64,000 nt of DNA from Rebecca billardiae RCC1528 (GCA_965240325.2 OZ251232.1:1984001-2048000), one strand, 5' to 3'. Shown: positions 39,461 to 51,781, numbered from the stretch's first letter. A program made the numbers and translations. Notes: a model not told the origin generated them from the letters alone.

Positions 39461-41140
39461 CTGCCTGCCTCCACCAGGGCCTGGGTTCTTGGCCTCGCCT
39501 TGGCGCTGGCCATTGTCCGGGTCGCCGACACGCTGGTTGGAAGTTGCATCCTCTGCTCAGGTGGGTTCACAGCACTGATGCCCTGCCCTGCCTGCTGCCC
39601 CGCTATGCCCGGCTGCATCATAGTCGTGCTTCACACGCAGGTGCCACTTGTGCTCGGGGGGGGGGGGGGGGGGGGGGGACATGCATGAGCATGGTAATCA
39701 GAAACAAGACAGCCTGCTTATGTGGCGCTTGCTGACGCCTGCGCCTGGCCGAGGCTGCACCTCTGCAGGCACTCCGCCCGGCAACTGTCCTGCCATTGCA
39801 CTGCCCCTGATGGCAGCAGTGGTGCCACTGGGGCGCCCTGCCCCACTGCCACTGGGACTGGGGCAGGGCCAAGCACCTGCGCCTGCGAGTGTGCTTACAT
39901 GCTCTGCTCCTGGGCAGTCCGACCCATGTTGTGCTATGCACCAGCATCAGCTCACGCGGGTGGGCTCTGCGTGCCTGTCGCCAGCCTGGGCAGGGAGACT
40001 CACCCCGTGCACGCCGGGCCACCTCTGACCAGTAGTTGCGGCGAGCTAGCACCGCCGCTGCCTCATCCCGACCGCGCGCAGTGCCAGTGCAGCGCGGCGT
40101 GGCAGACGGCTTCACGTCACAGCAATCATCATCACAGACGACCGCTGCTGTGGCGGGGGGCAGAGCGGGGCGACTGCGCACTGTGCCAACAGCAGTAGCC
40201 AGACAAGCACCTCAGCCATTACTCCTGCTGCTGCCAGTGCTGGACGTGGTCGCACGACGACGGTGAACGTCGGCCACACTGGGGGGGGCAGGGAGGCCAG
40301 GCCCAGCCCAGTCAAGCAGCCAGCAGCCGGCATCCGTGTGATCTGCATCAACACCACGGCAGTGCTGCCACCACAGCGTGGGTCAGCCATATGATCCGGG
40401 CAGCGTGGTCGAAAGCGATGAGGCGAGACGAAGTGCCCACCTCGGCATTTACCTTCTCCGCCGCCTGGTCGCCAGCGAGCACGGCGGCCGTGGAGGCCAT
40501 GTCGTGCGGCAGCATGCGGCCCGTTTCCTCGGCCATCGCCTCTGCCGCCCTTCGCATCCTGGCATCATCGGGGAGAGTAATGACGGCGTTGCCTTTGGCG
40601 CAGCGCACGTGCGCGCTCAGCAAGCCCGGCTCGGCCGATGCCTGCGCCCCCGCGCCAGGCGTCTTGGCCCGAGCACCAGCACCGGCCCGCTGCGCGCGCG
40701 CGCCGCGGCGCCGTTTGCCCAACGGAGTATGTGGCGGGTCTGTCGGAGGTGTGGCATCATCGTCCGCACTCTCATCAGTCGCGAGGCAATGGTATCTCCC
40801 TCCGGTACTCATACTTGAAGGCGCATTAATCACAATTACTTGCCGGGCCATACCCGCGGCGCCAGGCGGCGCCACGGGTGCTTCGTCATTGGCTCCCCAC
40901 CAGGCGTGATAGTCACCCTGGGGCGCTGCTTTACCCACCTTAGGTATCGTTGCACGCCGGCGTTGCCCTCGCCGTCGGGACAAATTTCGGGCTTTCACCA
41001 GCCTCCAACCGTCAATTTCGCCTGGCCAGCTCTCAGCACCGAGGATGAGTCTAGCCCGGCCGGTGGGGCCCGGGCTGAAGGCTCCGCACGGGCAGCCGGC
41101 CACGGGCTGGGCACGGTGGGACCGAGGGTCCGTCCTGAAC
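37780..41140 (-). mobile_element. Decayed LINE: probable 5' UTR, ORF1-like region and APE
   Basis: APE remnant plus an upstream decaying frame (40348-~40830). The boundary at 41140 is suggested by a 70-bp sequence that also occurs at 51710-51781 and ends at the same base. Confidence 0.55.
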
Positions 41141-41280
41141 GCGCCGCCGGAGGGCACGGCCGTGGTCGTCGCGCTCGCGCGCGACTCGCTCAAGCACAGC
41201 CAGCTGAGCATCGCGCACCGCCGCGCAAGGGTGGCGGGCACCCACCGTCGGTCGGCGCGAGCTTCGACGCGCCCGCCGGC

Positions 41281-43148
41281 ATGGGCGCGCCCGGCGGCGG
41301 CGGGGGCTCGCAGCTGCCCCCTCTCGAGTCGGTCGACACGAGTATCCGCGCGATCGCCCAGTTCCGCGGCGGCGAGATCCCGATGGTCGACGTGCACACG
41401 ATCGCGTCCGCCATCCAGCGGTTTGACCACACGCGCCCGCCCGGCTCGATCGCGCAGAAGCGCGTCTACATCGACGACTTCTTCCAGGCGAAGACGGGCG
41501 GGCAGTTCGAGCTGGGCGGCGGCGGCGGCGGCGGCGGCGGTGCGGGCGTCGCCCTCGGCCTCGCGCCCGCCGCGCCCTCGCCCGCGCGGCCGGGCAGCGC
41601 GGCGCCGGTGGGCGCGGCTCCCGACCTCTCAAACGGCGAGGCGCTGCTGGGCGCTGTGCACGCGCGCATCGTGCAGGGCGGCGGGTGGATCGCGACGATG
41701 GACGAGGCGATCCCGCTGGCGCGCGCGGTGTACAACTTCACGAACATGCCGACCGACGGCTCCGACCCGCAGACGTACGTCGCGGACTGGTACAACTGGG
41801 TGCGGCACACCTCGCAGCCGCTGCCGCCGCCGGCCGTGCCGCCGCACGACGACTCAGCGCAGCTCGCGCTCGACGCGGCCGGCGGCGGCGCCGAGTCGGA
41901 CTCGCTGCGCCGCGAGATCGCCGAGCTGAACTACCAGGTGCGCGCGCTGAAGGACGGCGGCGCGGCGCCCAAGCCGCCCGGCGCCGCGCCCGACGGCGGC
42001 AAGGAGAACGCGCTGTGGGCGATGATCTCCTCGCTGAGCAACCAGGTGCAGAGCCTGTCGAGCCAGGTGGCCAACACGAGTGAGAAGCACTCGCAGCAGC
42101 AGCAGCAGCTGATGCAGCAGCAGCTGCTCTCGCAGCAGCACATGGCGCAGCAGCAGATGGCGGCGATGGCGCACATGGCGGGCACCTCGCGCACCGCCGC
42201 CGCCTCCTCCGCGCCAGCCATCACGCTCGCCGAGCCGCAGCCGTCCGGCGGCGCGGGCGGCGCGGCCGGCGCGCCGCCCGAGCCCGATTCGGCCGAGCGC
42301 CAGCCCTCGCCCTCCAAGCAGGGGCCCGCGCCCGGCAGCCCGGCGGACATTGAGCGGCAGCTGCTCGAGTACCTGGCCAAGTTCTACGACCACGGGCGCG
42401 ACGTGCCGCTCGACACGCTGAGCAAGGTCCGCGCGTGCGCCAGCCACCGGGCCACCGGGCGCGACGCAGGGGGCGGCGGATGCGCTGCGCGCCGAGCGCG
42501 CGCTCACCTCCGCGCCGCCACGCCGCTGCTTACGCGGCCCCGCTCCCGCCCGCCTGGCCGCACGCGCGCGCGAGCAGGTGTGCGAGCACATCTGCGAGCT
42601 CACCGGGCGCGAAGTGCCGAGGCACGTGCCCAAGAAGCGCGAGCTCGCGCGCAACTGGTACGAGCTGCACAAGCAGCAGCAGGACGCGGCGGGCGGCAAG
42701 CGTGTGCTGCGCGAGAACCGGGGCTCCCCCATCACAGGCGAGCCCGAGCGGCCGAGCACGGCGCCGCCTCGCCCCGGCATGGCCGGCGAGATCGACCCAT
42801 CGCACCTGCCCACGCCGCGCAACCAGCCGCAGCTGCTCGAGCTGCTCGACAAGCTGATGGGCGGCGACCCTGAGTTCGACTTGCCCCTGAGCCTGGTGCG
42901 TGCGCCGGCGCGCGTGGCGCGGCCGGGCCGTCGGACGCGAGCGCGCGCCCCGGGGTGGCGCGCCCGCGCGGCGGCTGCTTGACCGGTGTGGCTGCGCCCG
43001 CGCGACGCCGCTCGGCGCGTCACAGGTACCCAAGGTCTCGTCGAGCATCGCCGAGCTCTCGAACAAGAACGCGCCCAAGCTGGTGCGGGACAAGCGGGAC
43101 TACATCAAGGAGTACTACCAGAGGCAGCTCACGATCGCCGGCCGCTGA
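41281..43148 (+). CDS. Hypothetical protein with four diverged ~55-aa helical repeats, a coiled-coil and a Q-rich linker; exons 41281-42426, 42578-42895, 43026-43148 (5' end may extend upstream or be disrupted)
   Basis: Strong G/C third-position bias. Two phase-0 GT-AG introns (42427-42577, 42896-43025) join three frames into ...DTLSK|VCEHIC... and ...LPLSL|VPKVSS...AGR*. Confidence 0.85.
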
Positions 43149-43945
43149 GTACATACTCACTACTACAGACAGTGGGGGGCCTCAGTGCGCCCGAAGCTTA
43201 GGAGCGGAGCGCGCACGGCAGGCAGCTGTCGTCGCACAGCGCGCGCACAGTCGGGCGAGACCCGGCGCTTGCTTGGTGCCGTGCGTGCACGGCGAAGGAT
43301 ATTTGGACCTCAGCTTGCAAATTGGTACAGTATGCGCCGTCAAGAGTTGCTGAGCGGCCGCTGGCGCTGCGGCCGCGTGGAGGCGCCACGGGCACGGTGG
43401 CCAGGCGGCGGCTCCCGCTCCGCTGTTCGGCGTCAGCCGTGCGCTTGACGCGCATGACCGTCCGCAGCTCCGTCGTGCCGGGGCCCGGCGCGGGTGCGGG
43501 CTCACTGCACGGCGCGGCGCGACGGCGCCGCATCACGGATCATGCGATTTGCGAGATAAACCCCGATGACCGCGTTGGCTGGGAGACAAGACCCGATGAC
43601 CGCCGGCCCATATGGGGGTATAGCTACACATCATCAGAATAAATAATAATAATATATATCCGCTCGACCGCTCATGATCCGACCACGCAATAACATATAT
43701 ACTACAGCAGTTTATTTGTTTTAACGTGCGTAAGGCTCACGGTGGCAGGTTGCCGCGCCATCCTTCGGTAGGACCATAGTCCATAGTCCATACTGCTCCA
43801 TACAGTCTGATGATATGTACATCTGCCATTATTCATCTGCCGATATTTCTGATCTCGATCACAGTATATATAGTTATAGCAGCAGCAGTGAGGCGCAGTG
43901 CCAGATCGTATCGTCATCAACTACTCACTCTCGTCTGTGAACTGG

Positions 43946-46603
43946 CTAGTACGACGCATCTGTGCGCGTTTGGGTCACTGCGCTGCGCATCTCTTCGAGC
44001 ATGCCATCGAGGAGCTCCTCGCGCTCGTCCTCTCCGCTCATCTGCGCGACCACGAGCATCTGACCAGTCAGTTCGCAAATGCGCTGCTTTCGCTCGTCTG
44101 CAACGAGATAGCTCGTGCCGTCGCGGACCTCAGATCCAGGCGCGCCGGGGCACGCGGTAGCCGATACGTGCGCCACGCCGTGCAGCTGCGCCGCTGTCGC
44201 GCCAGCTGGATCGCCTGCGCGCTGGCCGTAGGGTACGGTGCGCGGCTCGGGTTGAGGCGGATGCTCGGTCCCGGGGCCAGCTGCGTAGATTGCGCAGGCG
44301 CGCGCTGACCCCAGCTGCCGTTGCCGCTGCATCTGCAGGGTAGTAGATGGTGATGGGTGATGGGGTGACCCCGAGCATGACGCAGCACCACCGTGCACAC
44401 TGCAATTGATGCTGGCGCTGCCACCACGCGCGCCGCCTGCGTCCATTCCGTTGTTGTTGTCCGTCCCTGGGAGATCGCCAGCTCCCTCGGCCTGCGCGCA
44501 GAGCGTGCGAACCGCACCGGGCTGCGCCTGCCGCGCGGGTGCGCGCGAGTTGATGTACCCGAAGAGGTTCAGCTGCGCGCCCGTTGGCAGAGACGAGCGC
44601 AGCTGCTGCACGCGTGGCTCGTCGAGCTCGTGATCAGCGTTTTTCTCGGCTGCTGAGGTGCCCGTACGGAAACCGTGCTCCCGCTGCAGCGATGCGACAG
44701 TCACGTCGTTGCGGCCACTAGGAGCACCAGCGAAGCTGCTGCCGCCGCACGCGCCGCTGGCAGGGCGGCGCGCCTGATGTTGCGCGTGTGCGCTGCCATC
44801 TGCCCTGGCCATTGTCGACGCGTTGGCGGTCGTCGTCCAGGGGAGAAGCAGTGCTCCATCAGGTTGCCACCATGGCTGCATCATTGATGGCGGGCCGAGG
44901 GGCATGGCGAGCGGGGCATGGCTGGCCTCCACCCGACCGGTGCTCATGGAGGGGAGGTCGGCATCCCCCCACCGCTGCTGCTGCTGCGCATGCATACGGG
45001 CCACACCCACCCTGCTGCGCACGTGCTGCGGCGGCTGCCCCGTGCTCGACTGCGGCAGTTGCATTCCCTCATCAAAGACAGGCGGCGGCGGCGGTGGCGG
45101 CGGTCGCGGTGGCGGCGGCGGCGGCTGCTGCTGGTACTGCCCCTGCATATGCTGCCCGGGGAGCGGTTGCTCCGATCCAGTGTACGCCAGCTGCGTCGCA
45201 CCGATGTCCGCGCAGCCAATATTATTGCTCTGCTCACGCGCTGGACGTGGTGGCAGCGCGTGCGCAGGCAGCCCCGTGGTCAGCAGCTGCTGCCATTGAT
45301 TTGAACCGGGCAGAATCGCAGCCAGCCGCCGCCGCTGATCCAGCACCGCTGCCATGTTGGATGAGGTGAACGCCGTCAAGCTTGAGCTCACAGGGCCGTA
45401 CGGCCCTGGCTGCTGGGGGCGTACGCCCGCCAGCCCGCCGGGCGACGGTTGTTGTGTGAAGATGTGCGCCGACGAATCATCGAGGGCTCCGTCCATTCTC
45501 AACGGGTTGGCGCCACCCTCGACACTGGGCACGCCGAGTCCCAGCCCGAGTAGCGCGCCAACGGGATACCCGGCGGCACTCCCCACCGACGAGACAGCAG
45601 CGCATACCCCACGATCGCTGCTGAGCGGCATCCGCGGCGCCCCCGGGCATGCCAACCCTTGCGACCCACCGTGGATGCTGACCCTCTGCCGAGTAAGCGA
45701 GTGGTACCGATTCTTGATCGAGTGCCCGTTGCGCTCGGGGAGCAGGTCCCGGATGCGCGACCAACGCTGCGACAGAACCAAGCGTGGGCCGGCGCGGGCA
45801 CGGGACGGCGTGGTCTTAAGGGCACACACAGCGGACGCGGGACGGTGCGCGGCGGCCGCAGGAGTTGTTGGCGCTCAGTCCACAGCGAGGCGCGCGCACA
45901 CCAGACCCAATTGGTTCACCGCGTGCAAAATCGTCTCGTCCTCCGCCGCCGACCAGTTGCCCTTCTTCACAGCTGGGCCAAGGTGACTGAGCCAGCGCTC
46001 GCGGCATTGCCAGTCCTTCCGATCACCTGCGCCCATACCCGGGGCCGGCGCGCAGACAGACAGGTGGGAGCAAACAGCATATCCAATCAGTTGCGTGCAG
46101 AGAAAGTGCAGATGCGCACACGGGTTTGCTTCGCCCGCGTGATGAATCACCGCTCAGCAGGCAGCAGACGTACCCATCTCCTCGGCGATCTGCGCCCAGC
46201 GCTTGGCGCCGAGCCTGCCGACCACCTGCGAAATCACACAGGGCAGGCGGGGCCGGTGAGCGAGCAGGCCGCATCCGAACGTGACGCGTCGCGCACACGT
46301 GCATCCGGTGCGCAAGGGCTGTGAGGCGAGCGTCCGTGCGCTCGTATCAGTAGCCCACAGAACAGAGCACCCCTCACGCAGAGAAAGCCCACTGCGTAAC
46401 CCAGTCGGTGCTCGCGCCGCGCGCACCTCTCGCAAGCGCTCATCCTCCGCCGCGGACCACGTGCGCCTTGTCGACGCCTGCCCTCTCCTGTGAGAGCTGG
46501 TCTCCCCGTCTTTGTCGGCGGCCTCGACCTCGGCAATGCCTGTCTGTACGTGCCTTCCGTCGTCCTCGCCACCGTCGTGCAAGCCCTCCGAGTCCTCCTG
46601 CAT
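43946..46603 (-). CDS. MYB: R2R3-MYB transcription factor; exons 46603-46427, 46225-46174, 46026-45902, 45766-43946 (C-terminal extent uncertain)
   Basis: The spliced product reads RRTWSAAEDERLRE-VVGRLGAKRWAQIAEEMGDRKDWQCRERWLSHLGPAVKKGNWSAAEDETILHAVNQLGLRWSRIRDLLPERNGHSIKNRYHSL. All three introns are GT-AG and phase-consistent. A P/Q-rich tail follows. Confidence 0.92.
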
Positions 46604-46912
46604 CGCCCTCTTGATCACCGTGATCGGTAAGGTGTGCGACGGGGGTCGTGTCCAAACCGGCAAACGGCGGGAAAGCCCGCGTCAGCACTCACAACATGCC
46701 GATCAGACATCCTGTCTACCCGGCGAAGAACTCTCTCCAGTCGACGATCGAGAGTTACCACAGCAGTCGCCGAACCATACACAACCATTGACACAACATC
46801 AATAATAATGCGCGAGGATATGATAGCCGGGACGATCTGAGATAAATACTCACATCAGGATGTGTCTCGTGCTGTTCCATTTTTGCAACGTCGTTGCCAA
46901 CTTTAATGTACT

Positions 46913-47025
46913 GATGAGGTGCGGCAACGCGCCCCTCACCTGCCTGCGCCGGTCTGTTTTGTGGCGGTGTCTTTGTGCAGTGTTGGATGGCGTCAATCAC
47001 GCCTTAACCAAGTGTGCACGTTAAA
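46913..47025. repeat. ~110-bp dispersed repeat, reverse complement of 52496-52608; probable transposon terminus at TTAA
   Basis: gatgaggtgcggcaacgcg...ccttaaccaagtgtgcacgTTAA matches TTAAcgtgcacacttggttaagg...gccgcacctcatc. Confidence 0.9.
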
Positions 47026-49159
47026 CAGATAGGTGGGCCCACAGCCATTTAAAAATGAAAACAAAATCTCTCTAGCTTTTTCGGGCCGCTGCCGTGCTCT
47101 TTTTCTCGCGCTGAAGTCCCTTTTCCAGGCCGCCAAACTCCCGGTCCGGGAAGCCGGTCGATCGCGAAAGCGATGACCGGGATCGACCTGTGCGCGTCGT
47201 CAGCACGTTGTCCGCCGCGCTTGCCCGTCTGCCATGCGAGGCACGCTGCGCCGCACGCCCGTGGCGTGCTGCGTAGCCCTCTGGAACGAGCTATGCGAAC
47301 GGTTCATCCTTGGCCCATCTTCCCGGTCCGCCATCTCTCGCCGACAGTCGCGCGTTCAAACACGGGAACAGCTTTGAGGATTGTAATGCGAGCACAACGC
47401 GAGCTTGGGACACCCTTGAACGAACTGGTACACTCCGGAGCGTTACTGGTACAGCATCTACATGGTATCCTGGCAAGGCCCAGCTACTTCTGCGGCCCTG
47501 CAGAGACCCGCCTCGTCGGTCAGGTCCCCGGAAGTCTGTGCGGCGTGACCGAACGCTATGGCTGTTCACATGATCGTGGGCGTCTTGGGGAAGGATCTGA
47601 TGGTCAAACAGCGGTCAAAGTGGATGCGTGTGCCGTCTGTTACCTCCCCGGCCTCGACTCAACTCTCAGTGCCGACGCACCTCAGGTGTTTGGAAACTAC
47701 GAGCCCCTTGGAGGGCCTCGAGCCACACGATTGCACGAGGTCGGGCTGCGCGTCAAGCCGGGTAGATCGCAGCTGATGCGCTTGTTGAGCCCTGTCGTGG
47801 CTCTACGCGTACCTCAAGAGCCCAGCTACTCGCCCGCGCGGCCGCACAGCAGTCGCCCCGCCTCTGCTTGGTCATCCGCTGTGCGCCGTGCTCGCTGCGG
47901 ACAGTACAGTTTATGCGTTCACCAGTGATTTGAAGCCCTTCGTGAGCCTGCCCGAGCACGTTGGTGGCGCCGCCGACGCCGGTGCACGGTCAGCAGGCGT
48001 ACCAGCTTGCCTGCGAGCCATGTCTCGCCCTGCTGCCACGCAGGAAGCGGTGATGAGTGCACATCGCTACGCGCGCGCGTGCACCACGGCGAGCCAGCTC
48101 GGCGCTGCGACGAAGCGGCCGTTGCGCACCGTTAGGCAGAGGACGGTCCAGCTGAGGACAGCTCGGACACAGCTTGGTCGCAGTGTAGAGCAACGGTTAG
48201 GTCGGGGCACGAGAAAAGGCGTTCGATGCATAGCAGTGCCTGGCTTGAACGCCACAGATGAGCTCTCGACGAACCTTGTCCGCCGTGTTTACGCTGCGGG
48301 CTGCTGGATGGGCCCGGCGCCGCGTGCACCACTCCTGCTTGCCTTGACCACGGCGGGCGGGCTGGCGCCGCGACTCGGTGCGGCTCAATCTTTGCCCACG
48401 GCTCCTTAAGACTCATCCTTCGAGGGTAGAAGGGTTGGAAAAATTCTTAGGTGTCACATGCACGCCGTACGGCTGCTACGAGAGCAGTCTGAAACAGTCT
48501 GAAATACTATGGCAGCCATGCTGATCAGCATGGCGGTGTATATGTAACGCACGGGTGTAACGGCCGTTATCCCGTATTCTCACAGTGCCCGTATACGCCG
48601 TATATGTGACAATGGGTGTGCATGCTGCTGAAGACCTATGATCAGCTCATCAAAGTGCTATATCAAAGTGACGTCTGTTGACCCTATATATCACGTTTAA
48701 GACGCCCGTTACATGGCCGTTACATTGGTCACAGGCCATTTCCAATAAGTAAACAGGACCACCGTTACTCCCTATATTTACAGCATGTACCACTGGTTTT
48801 TTAACCAGGCAGGCCAGGGGCCATCTCCTGGGGCTGGAATCCAGCTCGAGACGAAAGTAAACATCGCGCTATGAGCTCGCGCTCTGCGTCACTATAATCA
48901 CACAGTGGCCAGTGGGCCCACCTAAAACAGAGCTAGTACTAACTGTAGCGGGGCCCTGATTGCTGATTGAGTACTTTATGATTGTGTGTGCGCACGATGA
49001 TGAAGGTAATTGTGCGATACGCGGCGTGCTAGATGCGTTCAGTGTGGATGGTGCCCGAGGGCACCGGCGTGAGGAGTTGTACAAGCTACAAATCTGCGCG
49101 CGAGAGTTCCGGGCTCGCAACTCATTTTTACTTGCAGGAACCACGACTTCACGCGTACC

Positions 49160-49900
49160 GGACTCAGCCATGCTGTCGGCGCGCGCCGCCGCGTGGCTCG
49201 TCGTCGCTGCCGCGCTCTCGGCGCCGGAGGTCGAGGCGCACGCGCCCTGCGGCTCGCCCGCCGACGAGGAGGCAGCGGCGGCGGTCTGGGGCGGTGCGTG
49301 ATTCGGCACTGTCGTGTCTGTGCACACGTCGTCCGTGGCCAGCCTCCGGCCGGACTGCCGCGAGCAACACCGCTCGGCAGCTCCGCACGCCTCGGCGTGC
49401 GGCGCGATAGCGCAGACGCGAGGGATGGCCATCGACGCCGCGTGTGCGCTCGCCTTTGCCGATGCGCCCGCCGAAGGACACGCCGAGCGCGGCGGTGAGG
49501 ATGAGGAATTCTGGGCCGGCCATCTTGACGGCGCCGGCGATGTGATGCCGATGAGGTTCGGCTCCCAGATGGCGTCACGGAGAGTTGTGTGATGAGTCTC
49601 GTCGTGACGCCTCATGCTCGCCTCCAGATCGCCGATCCGCCTGTGAAGCCGGCTCGTGTCGAGTCGGCGCGCGTCGGGCGGGAAGAGCTTGGAGCGCGGT
49701 CGACCCACACACGCCGCCTCGTACACGATCTCGAGCAGCCGCAGGTCCGACGGCGGCGCGCGCCGTGAGACCGCGTACGGGCGGCTTGAGGGGAACACGC
49801 GCAGCTCGAGACCCGCGCGCCCGCCCAGAGCGTGCAACAGGGTCGACTCCTCGCCGCCATCATCGGCGCCGCTCGAGGAAGGGGGCGCCTCGTAGTCGAC
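49160..49900 (-). pseudogene. Possible frameshifted coding remnant of unknown function
   Basis: Protein-like stretches (LRLLEIVYEAACV, LRDAIWEPNLIGIT, KMAGPEFLILTAALGVSFGG) lie in different frames. No recognisable domain. Confidence 0.3.
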
Positions 49901-50506
49901 GCTCTGGTGGCGCGGTGCCGAGAAGCTCCCGGGTGCAGCACAGCGGACGGAGGCCGGCGGCGACGGTGGTGCCGCCGTCAGACCATGCTCGATGCACGTA
50001 TCCGCGTGCATCGGGCGCGGCTATCGGCGTGCGATCCCGGCTATGCGGGTGGGCATGGGGCGGCAGCAGCGCCCCGCGTGACCGAAGCTCTTTTTTGGTC
50101 GCGTGCTCGGCCCCGAGGGAGAGGGCGAGAACGCGCGCCGCGCGCCTTTGTTGCATGAGGCCGAAACGCCATTTTGGGTTTTGTATGTGTTTCTATGGAG
50201 CTTTAATGTCCGGGGGAGGAGATACAGTGGAGATGCGAAAACCTGTCGCCCAGCGCGCGAGCTGCGATCTGGAACGCCTTCTGCAGCGATCTGGTTTGAT
50301 CTCGGGTAGCGCAAGAGTCGTGTGAAGTTGAGAGCGCATTCGCGTTGCGCAGCGGGTAACTTTCCCGGCGTTCATGGCGGCTCAGGATACCCTAATCCCC
50401 GAATCCGCCTCCGAGTGATAGCAATGTGCGGCTGTCGTCGTATCGGTGTCTATGTTTAATCCCTAACCCGATTCCACTGCGGTTGTGCGCTGGCGGCTGG
50501 CGTTTA

Positions 50507-51605
50507 CGGATATCCCCCTGCAACAGATAGGACTCAGTCCTATGCCATAGGACAAGATCACCAGAGCGCCAGCGCCTCAGTTCTGCGCGTACGATCATCG
50601 GTGTGGCTATATCGTACACACAACTCAACCGGCTATCGACACACACCGTCTCCGCCTGCCACCACTGCTACAGCGTCAGCGATCGGGCGCGCGCGCGCGT
50701 ACAGCGCGCGCGCGCGCGCTCGGTTGTGGGACAACCGGCCGCCAGGGACGGCCCCACAACCAGCACATGACAGCGTCAGTTGCTCGCCCCTGGCAGCCGA
50801 GCGGCGACCCTAGGCACGGACAGCGCAGGCGAGTGCTCGCGCCGGATGCCCGCGCCGCCGCCCGCACCGCCGCCCACGCCGCCAGGCGCGTTGCTGCCCG
50901 TGGCACACCGATTCTGGGGCGGGGCGAAGAGAGGGCAACCGCCATCGTGCGTGCGGCCACGGACCTCCCACGATGGTGGCGGCCGTCCTTGTGGACCACG
51001 AGCCCACGAATCCAAGAGCGTGCGGGTCGAGCGTCGCGTAAATCGACTGCGGCACACGCATGGCGTGTCTACAGGTGCGATACCATCCACGCACGCGACA
51101 TGGCAAGATGTTCCGGCTACCTCCGAGGCTTGCTCTACATGCGCGCCGATGCTCGATCGCAACCACCTGACAACGCGAGCGACCCGCAGCGGCTTGCGCG
51201 CGCAGCCCCGGCGTGACGTACAATGCCATGCTTGGCGAGGACCAAAACGCATTGTGGATGAACCTCATACGGCTCTGGTCGAACACAGTGAACCACGATG
51301 TGTGAGCATCAAGCTGGGTGTCATCTACAAGTGCCACATGGCGGTCGGCGTTGCCGCCGTGGAGTTGCAAGGCGGCAACGACCGCGACGGCTTCACGCGC
51401 TCCATCCGTGGAGCCCAAAACATGCGGTGGTGGTCGAAAATCACAACAAACTCGCTCTGGCGGATGGTGGCGACACTGCTACCGACCCCTAGGTGCAGTC
51501 GTACCATTCGGCAATATGAGAAAATGTCGTCTACTGAGTCGTCCCTGTGGCTGTCCTGTGGCATAGGACCCAGTCCTATGGCACAGGACAGCAGTGGGAT
51601 ATCCG
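50507..51605. mobile_element. 1099-bp TIR element with 4-bp TTTA target duplication
   Basis: TTTA-CGGATATCCC...GGGATATCCG-TTTA. Subterminal ATAGGAC/GTCCTAT motifs at both ends (50525-50550, 51553-51590). Confidence 0.75.
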
Positions 51606-51709
51606 TTTACCCTAAACTACCTCCGAGTGTCGCGTGTGCGCCTGCGATTCGGGAACGGCTACCCCGTCGACTTTTCATATAGTATAAATTGTGTACTAAA
51701 CAGGCCGGC

Positions 51710-51781
51710 CGGGCTGAACGGGCTCCGCACGGGCAGCCGGCCACGGGCTGGGCACGGTGGGACCGAGGGTCCGTCCTGAAC
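51710..51781. repeat. 70-bp direct repeat of 41071-41140
   Basis: ggctccgcacgggcagccggccacgggctgggcacggtgggaccgagggtccgtcctgaac is identical at both places. Confidence 0.92.

Noticed and set aside
39656-39678. Poly-G run
   Set aside because: A simple homopolymer inside the decayed LINE with no further support for function.
40860-40930. HDV-like ribozyme in the LINE 5' region (minus strand, ...GACGAAGCACCC)
   Set aside because: I could not build P3/L3 and P1.1 by eye. A covariance search would be needed.
40840-41280. N-terminal part of the 677-aa ORF 40840..42873, and its tail after 42426
   Set aside because: The 5' part is mostly the antisense of the LINE end and the tail is intron read-through. 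Only the spliced model is supported.
46910-46940. Hammerhead-like CTGATGA followed by a stem-loop
   Set aside because: The GAAA core after stem II is missing, and the second copy of this repeat (52608) lacks CTGATGA.
47173-48410. Possible transposase or Fanzor/TnpB remnant
   Set aside because: Fragments look vaguely protein-like, but I could identify no DDE, RuvC or zinc-ribbon motif in any frame.
50388-50470. CCCTAA telomere-like words (also 51610)
   Set aside because: Isolated single hexamers, not tandem arrays.
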